Source of the DNA: Sinorhizobium meliloti
GTDB taxonomy: Bacteria; Pseudomonadota; Alphaproteobacteria; Rhizobiales; Rhizobiaceae
Direction: 5' to 3'
Assembly: GCF_017876815.1 (NCBI RefSeq)
Contig: NZ_JAGIOS010000003.1
Coordinates: forward strand, 60,001 to 92,000
DNA: 32,000 bases
The translations under genes were made by a program, and so were the position numbers. The stretch's first letter is position 1. Each line of letters opens with the position of its first letter. The notes beneath the pieces were generated by a model. It made no database searches, was not told the DNA's origin, and worked only from the letters and a program-made list of their open reading frames with translations. Shown here piece after piece: positions 24,366 through 32,000 of the stretch.

Positions 24366-24400
24366 CCCGCGCTTTCGACGAAACAGCCAGAAAGCGCGGG
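24366..24400. other. 11-bp stem-loop downstream of the SDR gene
   Basis: CCCGCGCTTTC (24366-24376) pairs with GAAAGCGCGGG (24390-24400) around a 13-nt loop. It lies 31 nt past the SDR stop. No U-tract follows on the transcribed strand, so it is not a canonical intrinsic terminator. Confidence 0.35.
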
Positions 24401-24430
24401 GCGACATCATCCGGTTGTCCCTGTCAGCGA

Positions 24431-25339
24431 TCAAGCATCCTTCCATAGAAGCGGTCGAGGCGCGAACCCGAGTTCAGCCTTCGCCCGGCCATTGGAGGCA
24501 CCGGTCAGGCGGGTGTGGTAGTAGACCGCTTCCTCTCCCGCCGTCCTCAGCGCGTCCTCCGCGCTCACGCGCTGAGGCTCCGGCGCATCGACCCACCGGG
24601 CGAAGGCCGGCAGCCATTCGGCGACGGGGAGGGGATCGTCATCGACGACATTGTAGGTACCCGGCTCGGCCGTCACCGAGGCGACCGTAGCGGCGATAGC
24701 GTCGTCGATGTGCACGAAGGACCAGACGCCATTACCGTCGCCGACGATCGCCGATTTGCCCTTGCGTGCCTGATCCGCAATGGCGCCGTCCGGCCGGTAC
24801 CAGGTGCCGGGACCGTAGAAGAAGCCGTAACGGAGGACGACGCCATCGAGAGGCGAGGCGAGCACCCGGTCCTCATAGGCGCCGATCGTGCGCGTGCTCT
24901 CGCCGATCTCGCCGGGTGCGTCGTATCTCAGCCTCGCGGTCTCGTCCGCGAGCCCTCCTGCGAGCGTCTCGAGGTAGAAGCCGCGAGACTGCATGATGTA
25001 GCGGCGGACTCCCAGCTTTTCTGCCGCGGCGAGGAGATTGGTGCCTCCCTCGCGGTGAAGGCGCGTATCGTTGGGCATCGCCTTGATTATGTCGGCAGGG
25101 TTGGCCGGAAGCCAGGTGAGCTGATCGATCACCACGTCCGGCGCTGCCGCCTCGATCGCGCGATGGACCGCCTCACGGTCAAAGGCATCGGCGAAGGACA
25201 CCTCGGCCCCGAGCTCGCGCAGACGATCCGGCCCCTGACCCGGACGCGTCATGCCGATGACCTGATGGCCAAGCGTCGCGAGCGCCCGTACAAGCGGCAG
25301 GCCGACGGCGCCAGTGGCACCTGCGATAAAGATCTTCAT
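24431..25339 (-). CDS. NAD(P)-binding SDR-family oxidoreductase (epimerase/dehydratase-like)
   Basis: The Rossmann start is MKIFIAGATGAVGLPLVRAL. It is 302 aa and is the last gene of the cupin/AhpD-like/SDR operon. Confidence 0.9.
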   Translation of the reverse strand: MKIFIAGATGAVGLPLVRALATLGHQVIGMTRPGQGPDRLRELGAEVSFADAFDREAVHRAIEAAAPDVVIDQLTWLPANPADIIKAMPNDTRLHREGGTNLLAAAEKLGVRRYIMQSRGFYLETLAGGLADETARLRYDAPGEIGESTRTIGAYEDRVLASPLDGVVLRYGFFYGPGTWYRPDGAIADQARKGKSAIVGDGNGVWSFVHIDDAIAATVASVTAEPGTYNVVDDDPLPVAEWLPAFARWVDAPEPQRVSAEDALRTAGEEAVYYHTRLTGASNGRAKAELGFAPRPLLWKDA

Positions 25340-25371
25340 AGCGGACTCCCTGGTTCGGCGCTTTGCCCGTC

Positions 25372-25827
25372 CTAGTTTTCGAGCGCAGCCTGCGGCGTCC
25401 TGCGGAAACTGATCGCCAGGCGATTGTAGGTGTTCATCAGGCCGATCGCGATCGTCAGATCGACCAGTTCGCGCTCCTCGAACACGGCATGCGCGGCCTT
25501 GTAAGCTTCGTCCGGCACGTTGGTCTCGGCCACGCGTGTCACCGTTTCGGCCCAGGCGAGGGCTGCCCGCTCACGCTCGTCGAAGAGATTTCCGGCTTCC
25601 GCCCATGCCTGCACCAGCGCGATTTTCTCGACCTTCTGCCCTTTTTTCAGAAGGTCGCGGGTGTGCATGTCGAGGCAGTAGGCGCAGTTGTTGATCTGCG
25701 AGATCCGAAGATAGACCAGATCGACCAGCTCCGAGGGGAGGCTGCTCTGCATGATGTAGCCGTAGACTCCGCCAAGCGCTTTGACGCCGGCTGGCGCGAT
25801 CTGGTTGTAGTCGAGACGTTTGCTCAC
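25372..25827 (-). CDS. carboxymuconolactone decarboxylase / AhpD-like family protein
   Basis: The CxxC-containing motif ISQINNCAYCLDMHTRD is present, and the 151-aa size is typical of alkylhydroperoxidase AhpD-core proteins. Confidence 0.9.
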   Translation of the reverse strand: MSKRLDYNQIAPAGVKALGGVYGYIMQSSLPSELVDLVYLRISQINNCAYCLDMHTRDLLKKGQKVEKIALVQAWAEAGNLFDERERAALAWAETVTRVAETNVPDEAYKAAHAVFEERELVDLTIAIGLMNTYNRLAISFRRTPQAALEN

Positions 25828-25867
25828 TTGGTTGATTCCTTAAAGTTGTTTGTCGACGAACGTCGGT

Positions 25868-26284
25868 TCACTCGATGTTGGTGGTCAGTTCCTTTTCGTC
25901 GCTGTCGGCGACGAAGACTGCGAGCAGCTTTGCGGGCTTGGTCTTGCTCGCGTTGCGGCTGATGAGGTGGTTGGCCGCCGGCGGCTCGTACCAGCTCTCG
26001 CCGGCTCGGTAGATCTGCGTCGGGCCGTCATTCACCTTCGACTCGATTTCTCCGGAGAGGACGTAGGCGAAGATGAAGGAAGAATCCGCGTGCCTGTGCG
26101 GGGCGGAGGTTCCGCCCGGCGGGTAATCGACGATGAGCGCGGTTAGCGTTTTGCCCGGAATGTTGGGTATCGCCCGCTCGAAATGGGGCGTGACAACGTC
26201 GCCGGGGTCATGCGCCGCGGCAGGCATCGCGCTGGCGATTGCGAGGGCGGCGCAGGTCGCGCTAATCAAAGATCGTATGGTCAT
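25868..26284 (-). CDS. secreted cupin domain-containing protein
   Basis: The signal peptide is MTIRSLISATCAALAIASAMPAAA. The cupin metal motif is GGTSAPHRHADSSFIFAYVLSGE...AANHL. Confidence 0.85.
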   Translation of the reverse strand: MTIRSLISATCAALAIASAMPAAAHDPGDVVTPHFERAIPNIPGKTLTALIVDYPPGGTSAPHRHADSSFIFAYVLSGEIESKVNDGPTQIYRAGESWYEPPAANHLISRNASKTKPAKLLAVFVADSDEKELTTNIE

Positions 26285-26306
26285 GTGACGGTTCTCCTTT
26301 GCGTGT

Positions 26307-26361
26307 CGTCATGATGACGTTTCTTCCTTGCCCCCTAGAAATGACGGCTTTCTCGTTCTAG
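26307..26361. promoter_or_regulatory. ATGACG-containing repeats in the cupin/MocR divergent region (candidate MocR operator)
   Basis: A palindrome CGTCAT-g-ATGACG sits at 26307-26319 and a third ATGACG at 26341-26346. The inverted repeat CTAGAA (26335-26340) / TTCTAG (26356-26361) flanks it. ATGACG(N0-2)TTTC occurs twice as a direct repeat. Confidence 0.35.
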
Positions 26362-26388
26362 AAAAAGCTCCAAGAACCAGCAAAAATC

Positions 26389-27828
26389 GTGTACCAAGAG
26401 AGCATGAGCGAGCCGCTGAAACTGGAACTCGACCGGTCCGCGAAGACGCCGCTGACCGAGCAGATCCGCAAGGGCATCAGTACCGCGATCGAAAGCGGGG
26501 TGCTCGCTCCGGGCGCGCGGCTACCCTCCTGGCTGGACCTCGCGGCCCAGCTCGGCGTTGCCCGCGGCACAGTGCGTACGGCCTACGAGAAGCTCTCCGC
26601 CGGCCAGCTCATCGTCGCATCGCGCGCGGGCGGAACCCGCGTTGCGGATCGGCCGGCCGCCATCGCCCGGGTCGAGCAGCCACCCGATCCCGGCTCGTTC
26701 CTAGAGCGGTATCTGGAGATGACGGCGGGGCCGGCAATCTTTCAGATGGGTGTGCCGGCGCTGGAAACCTTTCCTGCGACACTCTTTGCCAGGATCCGCT
26801 CACAGGCAGTCCGCGCGGAATCGAGTGCTCCGGCGATCTATCCCGACCCGCGCGGCGAATTGGAGCTGCGGCGGGAGATCGCCGGCTATCTTGCCGTCGC
26901 GCGGGGCATCGAGTGTTCCCCATCCGAGGTCATCATCACCGGCGGATTCGCCAGCGGACTCAGACTGGCACTGCGCGTGCTCGCCCTCGAGGGGCGGAAA
27001 GCCTGGATGGAGGATCCCGGCTTCCCGTTCACCCGGCGCGGCCTGGAGCTCGCGCGATTGTCGCTCGCGTCGATTCCCACCGACGCCGATGGAATCGATG
27101 TCAGCCATGGCTTCCACCATGCCCCGGATGCAGGGCTGGTCGTCGTGACAGCGGGGCAGCAGGCGCCGCTGGGGCCCACCCTGTCGTTGGTACGCAGACT
27201 GCGCCTGCTCGACTGGGCGGCCCAGACGCACGCCTGGGTAATAGAGGACGACTATCTTAGTGAATTGCAGCTCAATGGCCGCGCGGCACCAGCGCTTGCC
27301 TCGCTTGATCGCGCCGGGCGCGTTGTCCACATTGGCTCCTTCAGCAAGACCATCAGCCCGGCGCTGCGGCTCGGCTTTCTCGTCGCGCCGCCTGCGCTGG
27401 CATCGCGTTTTGCGGAGGTCGCGGCCTGTCTTGCGCCGCCTCCTGGGCCGGCGGTACAGCTCGCAACCGCGGAATTCATACGCGATGGCCACTACATGCG
27501 GCATTTGAGGCGCACGAAGCGCGTCTACTCCGCCCAACGCGACGCCTTGCTGAAATGCCTTCCGTCGAATGCCGGGGAGGCGGTTGTCGCCGGTTTGGCC
27601 GTGCTGGTGCGCCTGCCAGACGGCGCGCCGGACGTTGCCATCGCACGGGAGACGCTGGCATTCGGGATGGCCCCGGCACCGCTCTCGGTCTGGTATACGT
27701 CACCGAATTCCGCTAAATCCGGCTTGCTTTTAGGGCTCGCCACAGCGCCGCAAAGGCAACTCGAGAGATCCTGCGATCGCCTTCTTGGGATCATAGAAGC
27801 TTCACGCGAGGGCTGGGGAGCAGCGTGA
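26389..27828 (+). CDS. MocR/PdxR-type regulator (GntR HTH fused to PLP-dependent aminotransferase-like domain)
   Basis: The N-terminal GntR wHTH is PLTEQIRKGISTAIESGVLAPGARLPSWLDLAAQLGVARGTVRTAYEKL. The fold-type I aminotransferase body carries the PLP-lysine motif SFSKTISPALRLGF. The start is GTG 26389 or ATG 26404. Confidence 0.9.
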   Translation: MYQESMSEPLKLELDRSAKTPLTEQIRKGISTAIESGVLAPGARLPSWLDLAAQLGVARGTVRTAYEKLSAGQLIVASRAGGTRVADRPAAIARVEQPPDPGSFLERYLEMTAGPAIFQMGVPALETFPATLFARIRSQAVRAESSAPAIYPDPRGELELRREIAGYLAVARGIECSPSEVIITGGFASGLRLALRVLALEGRKAWMEDPGFPFTRRGLELARLSLASIPTDADGIDVSHGFHHAPDAGLVVVTAGQQAPLGPTLSLVRRLRLLDWAAQTHAWVIEDDYLSELQLNGRAAPALASLDRAGRVVHIGSFSKTISPALRLGFLVAPPALASRFAEVAACLAPPPGPAVQLATAEFIRDGHYMRHLRRTKRVYSAQRDALLKCLPSNAGEAVVAGLAVLVRLPDGAPDVAIARETLAFGMAPAPLSVWYTSPNSAKSGLLLGLATAPQRQLERSCDRLLGIIEASREGWGAA

Positions 27829-28193
27829 AGGCGCCGACTCTGAGCCCTTGTGATGGGATAGGTTGCCTCGCGCGCCTTCGTCACGTCGCGCAGGCGAACT
27901 CTCGACGCCTCGCGCTGGAGTGCTTTCGTAGTGGCACGTTCGCGCCGAGGCCTTCTGTTGGTGCGATAAGACGATTAACGAGCGGTGCAGGCTCTTTAGG
28001 CCGGGCGCGGCTCGGGCGTGGCCAGGAGCCCGACCTTGCTTTCTTCCGGTGGCAGCAAGGTGACTGGGCGAGTTTCCGCCATCGGTGGCCGGCGCATGCT
28101 CCCGTCCACCAGTTTCGCAGCGAGCTCCAGCCCGGAGCAGCCCCTGGTCGGCGACTGAAACAGTTGCGCCGCGCGCTTCGGCTGGAAGCATCG

Positions 28194-28796
28194 TCATTGG
28201 CGCGCTCCCGGCTCTGCATCGCCCGCAGACGCCTTCAGCACGCTCTCGGCGGCCGTCTTCAGGAACCGCTTTGACATCTGCTCGTCGTTGACAGCGCGCG
28301 AGAGGAGCACTGCGCCGACCATCGTCGACAGAATGGCCATGGCCTTGCCGTCCGGTTCCTCGCCGTCGGCCGCCCCAATCCACTCACTGAGCACCTCAAG
28401 ATATTCCCTGATCCCGGCTTCGAAGGACGCCTTCACGTCGACGCCTTGCCTGGCAGCATCCGAGCCGAGCGCAACGACCGGGCAGCCGTCCATCTTCTCT
28501 TCTCGATGTGCCATGCTGAGATAGAACGCTACCACCGCGCCAAACGGGTCCTGCGGATTGGCCGCCGCGGCAGCGGACCATCGACGAAGGGCGCTCTCCA
28601 GGGCGCGCCTGGACGCCTGCGCCGCCAGATCGTCCTTGGAGTCGAACTGCTTGTAGAATCCACCTTGGGTCAGGCCGGCTCCCTTCATCAGATCCTTGAG
28701 CCCGATGCCATCGAAGCCGTGCTTTCGAAAAAGCCGGCTCGCCACATCGATGACCGCTTCGCGATTTGCCTCCGCCTGGGCTCGACTAACCCTCAT
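28194..28796 (-). CDS. TetR/AcrR-family transcriptional regulator (efflux repressor candidate)
   Basis: The TetR HTH is VIDVASRLFRKHGFDGIGLKDLMKGAGLTQGGFYKQFDSKDDL. The start is trimmed to ATG 28796, with GGAGG 6 nt upstream. It is divergent from the MFP/RND operon. Confidence 0.9.
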   Translation of the reverse strand: MRVSRAQAEANREAVIDVASRLFRKHGFDGIGLKDLMKGAGLTQGGFYKQFDSKDDLAAQASRRALESALRRWSAAAAANPQDPFGAVVAFYLSMAHREEKMDGCPVVALGSDAARQGVDVKASFEAGIREYLEVLSEWIGAADGEEPDGKAMAILSTMVGAVLLSRAVNDEQMSKRFLKTAAESVLKASAGDAEPGARQ

Positions 28797-28806
28797 GATC
28801 GACCTC

Positions 28807-28862
28807 CGATTAGATTTCACTTGACATCTATACCACGATTAGATTTAGATCGCAATCTAAAT
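28807..28862. promoter_or_regulatory. operator/promoter region of the TetR-efflux divergon
   Basis: The direct repeat CGATTAGATTT occurs at 28807-28817 and 28836-28846. The inverted repeat ATTTAGAT (28843-28850) / ATCTAAAT (28855-28862) has a 4-nt spacer. A TTGACA -35-like hexamer is at 28821-28826. Confidence 0.45.
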
Positions 28863-28898
28863 TCTTGAGGCGGCACCCGTCAACAAGGGTCATCTGAC

Positions 28899-30014
28899 AT
28901 GAAGCGCAAATTTCTTCCCGCATCGATCGGCCTCGTGGCTGCAGCCGGGGGCGCGGCGTTCGCGTTCGTTTTCGAGACGCCTGCAAGGGACGCGGAGTCC
29001 GCCGATCCGCGCCTCGCGCCACCGCTTGTAAGGGTGGCGGAAGCGACGAGACCGGAAAGAGCCGAGCGGGCCTTTACAGGTACGATCGCCGCCCGAGTGC
29101 AGAGCAATCTTGGTTTTCGCGTACCCGGCAAGATCGTTGAGCGACTGGTCGACGTCGGTCAGCAGGTCAAGGCAGGTCAAGTTCTGATGCGCATCGATGA
29201 AACCGATTTGCGTCTTGCGCTGACTGCCAAGCGTAACGCGGTTGCCGCGGCCCGCGCGGTCCTCGTTCAGGCAATCGCGGACGAGAGACGCTATGCCACT
29301 CTTGTCAAAGGCGGGGTGGCCGCTACTCCCCAACGTTACGAGCAGGCCAAGGCGGCGCTTGACACCGCCGCGGCACAACTAGCCGCCGCGGAAGCGGAAG
29401 CCAGAGTCGCAGAAAACGAAACGACCTACTCGCTGCTCGTTGCCGGTGCGGACGGAACGGTGGTCGCGACGCTCGGCGAAGCTGGACAGGTCGTCGCGGC
29501 GGGACAGGCGGTGGTTCAACTCGCGCATGCAGGCCCGCGCGAGGCCCTGGTAGCGCTTCCCGAAACCGTTCGTCCGGCGATCGGATCGGAAGCCGAAGCA
29601 AGTGTCTACGGAAGTGACGGGCGGCGCGGAAGAGCGCGCATGCGACAGATCTCAGATGCCGCCGATCCTCAGACCCGCACATACGAAGCTCGTTACGTGC
29701 TCGATGGCGACGCCGCCTCGGCACCGCTTGGTGCGACGGTCACGATCAGCATCCGCAACGGAGAAGGGCAGTCGGAGGTCGCCGTGCCGGTCGGCGCCGT
29801 GTTGAACGATGGCAGCCGCACCGGGGTTTGGGTTGTTGACCAAGCCTCTACCACCGCGCGCTTTGTTCCGATCGAGATCAAAAGGCTTGGTGAAGAAACT
29901 GCGTCTGTCACCGGGATCGAGCTCGGCGAGCAGGTCGTCGCCCTCGGGGCGCATCTCCTCAAAGATGGCGCGCCCGTCAGGACCGAGCTTCAGGCAGAGG
30001 TGTCCAACCGATGA
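28899..30014 (+). CDS. efflux RND transporter periplasmic adaptor subunit (MFP/HlyD family)
   Basis: There is an N-terminal signal/anchor, then the lipoyl/hairpin pattern FRVPGKIVERLVDVGQQVKAGQVLMRID..DLRLAL and a coiled-coil Ala-rich hairpin. The stop overlaps the RND start (ATGA). Confidence 0.9.
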   Translation: MKRKFLPASIGLVAAAGGAAFAFVFETPARDAESADPRLAPPLVRVAEATRPERAERAFTGTIAARVQSNLGFRVPGKIVERLVDVGQQVKAGQVLMRIDETDLRLALTAKRNAVAAARAVLVQAIADERRYATLVKGGVAATPQRYEQAKAALDTAAAQLAAAEAEARVAENETTYSLLVAGADGTVVATLGEAGQVVAAGQAVVQLAHAGPREALVALPETVRPAIGSEAEASVYGSDGRRGRARMRQISDAADPQTRTYEARYVLDGDAASAPLGATVTISIRNGEGQSEVAVPVGAVLNDGSRTGVWVVDQASTTARFVPIEIKRLGEETASVTGIELGEQVVALGAHLLKDGAPVRTELQAEVSNR

Positions 30015-32000
30015 GCTTCAATCTTTCCGCGCTCGCGGTTCGCGAACGAGCCGTCACGTTGTTCTTCATTGTTCTGCTGGCCGCCGCCGGCGTCTACGCC
30101 TTCATGAGTCTTGGGCGCGCGGAGGACCCCTCCTTTACCATCAAGACCCTGACGGTCACTACGGTATGGCCAGGCGCTACCGCGCGCGAAATGCAGGATC
30201 TTGTCGCGGAGCCGCTCGAAAAGCGCATCCAGGAACTGACCTGGTACGATCGCGTCGAGACGACGACAAGGCCGGGCTACGCCTTTCTGACCGTCACGCT
30301 GAAAGACAGCACGCCGCCCACGGCTGTCGAAGAGGAGTTCTATCAGGCGCGCAAGAAGTTGGGGGATGAAGCCCGCAACCTGCCTTCTGGTGTCTTCGGT
30401 CCCTTCGTCAACGACGAATATTCGGACGTGAGCTTCGCCCTTTATGCGCTAAAGGCCAAGGGTATGCCCATGCGCGAGCTTGTGCGGCAGGCGGAGGTGA
30501 TCCGACAGGATCTTCTGCACGTGCCGGGCGTCAAAAAGATCAACATTCTGGGGGAGCGGCCGGAACAGATCTTTGTCGAGTTCTCCTATGCCAAGCTCGC
30601 AACCCTTGGCATTTCAGCGCAGGACATCGCTGCGGCTTTGCAAAGGCAAAACACCGTCACACCGGCAGGCTCGATCGACACGCGCGGGCCGCAGGTCTTT
30701 ATCCGTTTCGATGGCGCCTACAACAGTGTGCAGGCAATTGCCGACACGCCAATCGTTGCTGCCGGACGCACGTTGAAACTGTCAGATTTCGCGGAGGTGC
30801 GGCGCGGTTATGAAGACCCCGCGACCTACATCATCCGCCATGAAGGCGAGCCCGCCATCATGCTGGGCGCAGTGATGCAGCAAGGCTGGAATGGGCTGGA
30901 ACTCGGAAAGGCGCTCGAAGAAAGATCTGCCGCGATCGCACGGACGCTGCCGCTCGGTATGACGCTCGCCAAGGTCAGCGACCAAGCTGTCAACATCGAC
31001 GCTGCGGTCGGCGAGTTCATGCTGAAATTCGCCATGGCGCTCGGGGTTGTGTTGCTCGTGAGCCTGCTCAGCCTCGGTTGGCGTGTCGGGATCGTCGTGG
31101 CGCTGGCCGTTCCGCTCACCCTTGCCGTAGTGTTCCTCATCATGTTGGAAACCGGCCGGTTCTTCGATCGCATCACGCTCGGCGCGTTGATCCTTGCGCT
31201 GGGCCTTCTTGTTGATGACGCCATCATCGCCATTGAGGTGATGGTGGTAAAGATGGAAGAGGGCATGGATCGCATCAAGGCGGCCGCCTATGCCTGGAGC
31301 CATACGGCAGCGCCCATGCTGTCCGGTACACTCGTGACCATCATCGGGCTGATGCCGGTTGGCTTTGCCAGATCAACCGCGGGCGAGTACGCCGGCAATA
31401 TCTTCTGGGTCGTGGGCTTTGCGCTAATCGTTTCCTGGTTCGTCGCAGTCATCTTCACGCCCTACCTCGGCGTCAAGATGCTGCCGGCGATCAAGCCAGT
31501 CGAGGGCGGCCACCACGCCATCTACGACACCCCGAATTACCGGCGCCTGCGGAGTTTCATCAAGTTCGCCGTGCGCCACAAGTTCATCACATGTGCGGTC
31601 GTCGGCGTCGTCATGGCTCTTTCCGTCGTTGGCATGGGAGGGGTGAAACAGCAGTTCTTCCCGACGTCGGATCGTCCCGAGGTGCTGGTCGAAGTCCGCA
31701 TGCCCGAAGGTACGAGTATCGAGACGACGACGGCCGCGGTCGAGAAGGTTGAAAGCTGGCTGCAGAACCAGCCCGAGGCAAAGATCGTCACCAGCTATAT
31801 TGGGCAGGGCGCTCCCCGCTTCTTCTTCGCCATGGCGCCGGAATTGCCGAACCCCGCTTTCGCCAAGATCGTTGTGCTCACCCCTGACTCTCACGCGCGC
31901 GAGGCTTTGAAGCTGCGCCTTCGGGCTGCCGTCTCAGACGGGCTGGTTCCCGAAGCCTACGTCCGTGTCACGCAGCTTGTGTTCGGCCCGTATACCCCGT
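30011..32000 (+). CDS. efflux RND transporter permease subunit (AcrB/AcrD/AcrF family), 3' end outside the window
   Basis: ATG 30011 overlaps the MFP stop. I read the frame as open through to 32000 (MSFNLSALAVRERAVTLFFIVLLAAAGVYAFMSLGRAEDPSFTIKTLTV...LGLLVDDAIIAIE...). The ORF track does not list it because it has no stop inside the window. Confidence 0.9.
   Translation, partial: MSFNLSALAVRERAVTLFFIVLLAAAGVYAFMSLGRAEDPSFTIKTLTVTTVWPGATAREMQDLVAEPLEKRIQELTWYDRVETTTRPGYAFLTVTLKDSTPPTAVEEEFYQARKKLGDEARNLPSGVFGPFVNDEYSDVSFALYALKAKGMPMRELVRQAEVIRQDLLHVPGVKKINILGERPEQIFVEFSYAKLATLGISAQDIAAALQRQNTVTPAGSIDTRGPQVFIRFDGAYNSVQAIADTPIVAAGRTLKLSDFAEVRRGYEDPATYIIRHEGEPAIMLGAVMQQGWNGLELGKALEERSAAIARTLPLGMTLAKVSDQAVNIDAAVGEFMLKFAMALGVVLLVSLLSLGWRVGIVVALAVPLTLAVVFLIMLETGRFFDRITLGALILALGLLVDDAIIAIEVMVVKMEEGMDRIKAAAYAWSHTAAPMLSGTLVTIIGLMPVGFARSTAGEYAGNIFWVVGFALIVSWFVAVIFTPYLGVKMLPAIKPVEGGHHAIYDTPNYRRLRSFIKFAVRHKFITCAVVGVVMALSVVGMGGVKQQFFPTSDRPEVLVEVRMPEGTSIETTTAAVEKVESWLQNQPEAKIVTSYIGQGAPRFFFAMAPELPNPAFAKIVVLTPDSHAREALKLRLRAAVSDGLVPEAYVRVTQLVFGPYTP

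Noticed and set aside
24515-25375. 286-aa plus-strand ORF
   Set aside because: It is antisense to the SDR gene. It is an Arg-rich, low-complexity shadow ORF.
26328-27537. 310-aa (+) and 245-aa (-) ORFs overlapping the MocR gene
   Set aside because: These are alternative-frame and antisense shadows of the 479-aa MocR ORF, which alone carries recognisable GntR and aminotransferase motifs.
27829-28193. ORFs in the MocR/TetR gap (27802-28383, 27825-28274, 27881-28219)
   Set aside because: They overlap the TetR 3' end or each other, and are Arg/Ala/Pro-rich with no SD. There may be an eroded fragment here, but I cannot support that.

Overview
High-GC alphaproteobacterial DNA that looks like a Rhizobiales chromosome. 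Supporting marks are a Bug/TctC-family binding protein, a BA14K-type Cys tail, DUF1127/DUF2934/DUF1488 small proteins and a GGAAC-N16-CGTT promoter. I found no rRNA, functional tRNA, CRISPR array, transposase or integrase. About 27 coding regions are well supported. From left to right they are: a Bug-family SBP; an Xre/DUF2384 antitoxin with a twice-frameshifted RES toxin; an SLC13 permease with two TrkA-C domains; NhaA; a class A PBP; an S8 subtilase with a translationally coupled small ORF; a truncated AraC regulator; an alpha/beta-hydrolase-OsmC fusion; msrB-msrA; a LysR regulator; trxB; an unlisted DUF1127 gene; a TetR regulator; a cupin/AhpD-like/SDR operon divergent from a MocR-type regulator; and a TetR-controlled MFP plus RND efflux operon that runs off the right edge. 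The ORF track omits sub-60-aa genes and the open-ended RND ORF, and many of its long ORFs are antisense shadows typical of high-GC DNA. Two stretches look accessory. The first is 2746-5979, which is lower in GC and holds decayed genes, an operon of three overlapping small genes and an AT-rich spacer. The second is 9387-11775, a run of small stress-type genes, one of which sits behind a textbook EcfG-type promoter. I did not recognise a clear, complete novel multi-gene system. The best candidate is the apparently cytoplasmic S8 protease plus a free-standing copy of its own pro-region (15174-16965). All homology statements are by-eye motif recognition and none come from a search.
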